A stretch of 64,000 nt of DNA. Source: Utricularia gibba (taxonomy: Eukaryota; Plantae; Magnoliophyta). Below the pieces are notes generated by a model, which ran no database searches, was not told the DNA's origin, and saw nothing but the letters and a program-made list of their open reading frames with translations. Shown here one piece after another: positions 62,662 through 64,000 of the stretch; the stretch's first letter is position 1; the number at the start of each line of letters is the position of its first letter. The position numbers and the translations under genes were made by a program. The DNA lies in the NCBI GenBank assembly GCA_002189035.1, contig NEEC01000002.1, positions 124,001-188,000 of the forward strand, written 5' to 3'.

Positions 62662-64000
62662 ATGTCTGAGGTATGACGAGCTTCTTCTTCCGTTTTTGGC
62701 GAATGCTTTAGTACTTTTGAATGGTTCATTTGGCTTCCAAGCGGTTTTGGAGCAAGTTTGAGGTTGTGGTTTGTTTTCGGAATTCGATAATTTGATAATG
62801 TCTGTAGGTTCTGAGAAGTTGGAGTCAACATAATCAGGTTTCTTAGGATGCTTGTATACTGATATTTTTTTTTATTGCGTGGGTTTCTGCAGGCACGAAA
62901 GAGTCCTCCCGTCAATGAGGAAGGTAGGTATCTTCTCATGAGTTCTTTCTTAGAGAAACAATTTTGTAAAATATGGATTTGGTTGAATGTTCATAATCTT
63001 TAGATGTCTTTGGTTGGTTAGGTAGGATTCATTATATTTGTTATAATCTGGGATTTTTGGTGCTATCAATGTAGCTTAGTTAGTTCAAAGCATTTTTTTG
63101 GTTGTCAGAAAAAAAGCCTGGTGCGGGTGGAAGTAAGACGTCTGCTGCAGTGCCAGCATCGACACAGGAATTACCAAACCCGTTTGATCTCTCAGCCATG
63201 AAGGGATTACTTAATGTGAGCTCGTTTCTCCTTTACATTTTGGTTATTTAGTAAGTTATTTGTACATGTTCTGCATTGTCATGGCAAGAAAAGATGTTAA
63301 TGTTTTGTGTGTGTGTCTTCCGCTGATTTTAGATAATTAGGTTAAAAAAAGATATTTTTTTTCGTTTGTTTTATCCACAGGACCCAAGCATCAAAGAGTT
63401 AGCAGAGCAGATTGCCAAGGATCCTGCTTTTAATCAGATGGCTCAACAGCTGCAAAGTACCTTTCAAGGGCTGCAGTTGAAGATGCCATTCCCAGCTTCG
63501 ACTCCCAACAATATTTTTCTACCATGCAACAAGTCATGCAAAATCCACAATTTATGACCATGGCCGAAAAGCTTGGAAATGCCTTAATGCAGGTTTTTAT
63601 TGCTTGAGGTTCATTTTTCCCATAAGATTATTACATAGCCTTGTTACCGTGTTGGTTAGATCATTGTTTTATCATCATTTGGGTAGGATCCAGCCATGTC
63701 TGGCATGCTTGAGAATTTGACAAATCCGTCAAATAGAGAACAATATGAAGAACGCATGGCACGTATTAAGGAAGATCCTTCTCTAAAACCTATTTTGGAA
63801 GAGATTGAGAAAGGGGGGCCTGCCTCAATGATGAAGTAGGTGTATTTCTCTCTTTCCCACTCATTCTTCAGTTTTCGAAACTTCTCATCCTTTGTTTGGG
63901 TTATTTGATACTATCTAGATATTGGAATGATAAAGAGGTTCTCCAGAAGTTGGGTCAGGCTATGGGATTCGCGGCTGGAGCAGAAACTGGTACATCTGGC
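62662..64000 (+). CDS. AKR2: Ankyrin repeat protein 2 (AKR2A/B-like), 5' part only; apparent frameshift at 63468-63470
   Basis: [14 protein letters not shown]|[25 protein letters not shown]...[25 protein letters not shown]|DPAMS...[19 protein letters not shown]|.[14 protein letters not shown]. The gene runs off the window. Confidence 0.92.

Overview
Eukaryotic nuclear DNA from a flowering plant (eudicot-type genes, spliceosomal introns mostly about 70-150 bp), so the ORF track fragments most genes; gene models below were spliced by hand. The window is very gene-dense: about 19 protein-coding genes, 1 tRNA-Gly(TCC), 2 eroded pseudogene relics (MATE, PP2A catalytic subunit) and no recognisable transposon, rRNA or CRISPR. 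Order: small secreted Pro-rich peptide gene (-), MATE relic, MATE transporter, ABCB26/TAP1, DRNL/ESR-type AP2/ERF, GT17 GlcNAc-transferase, tRNA-Gly, SAM-domain protein, class I formin, GATL, DYW-PPR, SIN3-like, SHAQKYF MYB, unknown membrane protein, PP2A relic, EXO84A, PAS/LOV protein, LRR pseudokinase, plastid HSP70, 3-HIBADH-like dehydrogenase, NUF2, AKR2 (partial). The best novelty candidate is a two-exon, 67-aa secreted peptide gene missed by the ORF track. It lies in a ~1.07-kb tandem unit whose promoter is duplicated, predicting a paralogue just off the left edge. A second candidate is a chain of three stop-start-coupled small ORFs behind the tRNA. Caveat: at least 8 apparent single G/C deletions frameshift 6 otherwise intact genes, most likely consensus errors in the assembly. 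All family assignments come from motif recognition and recall, not database searches.
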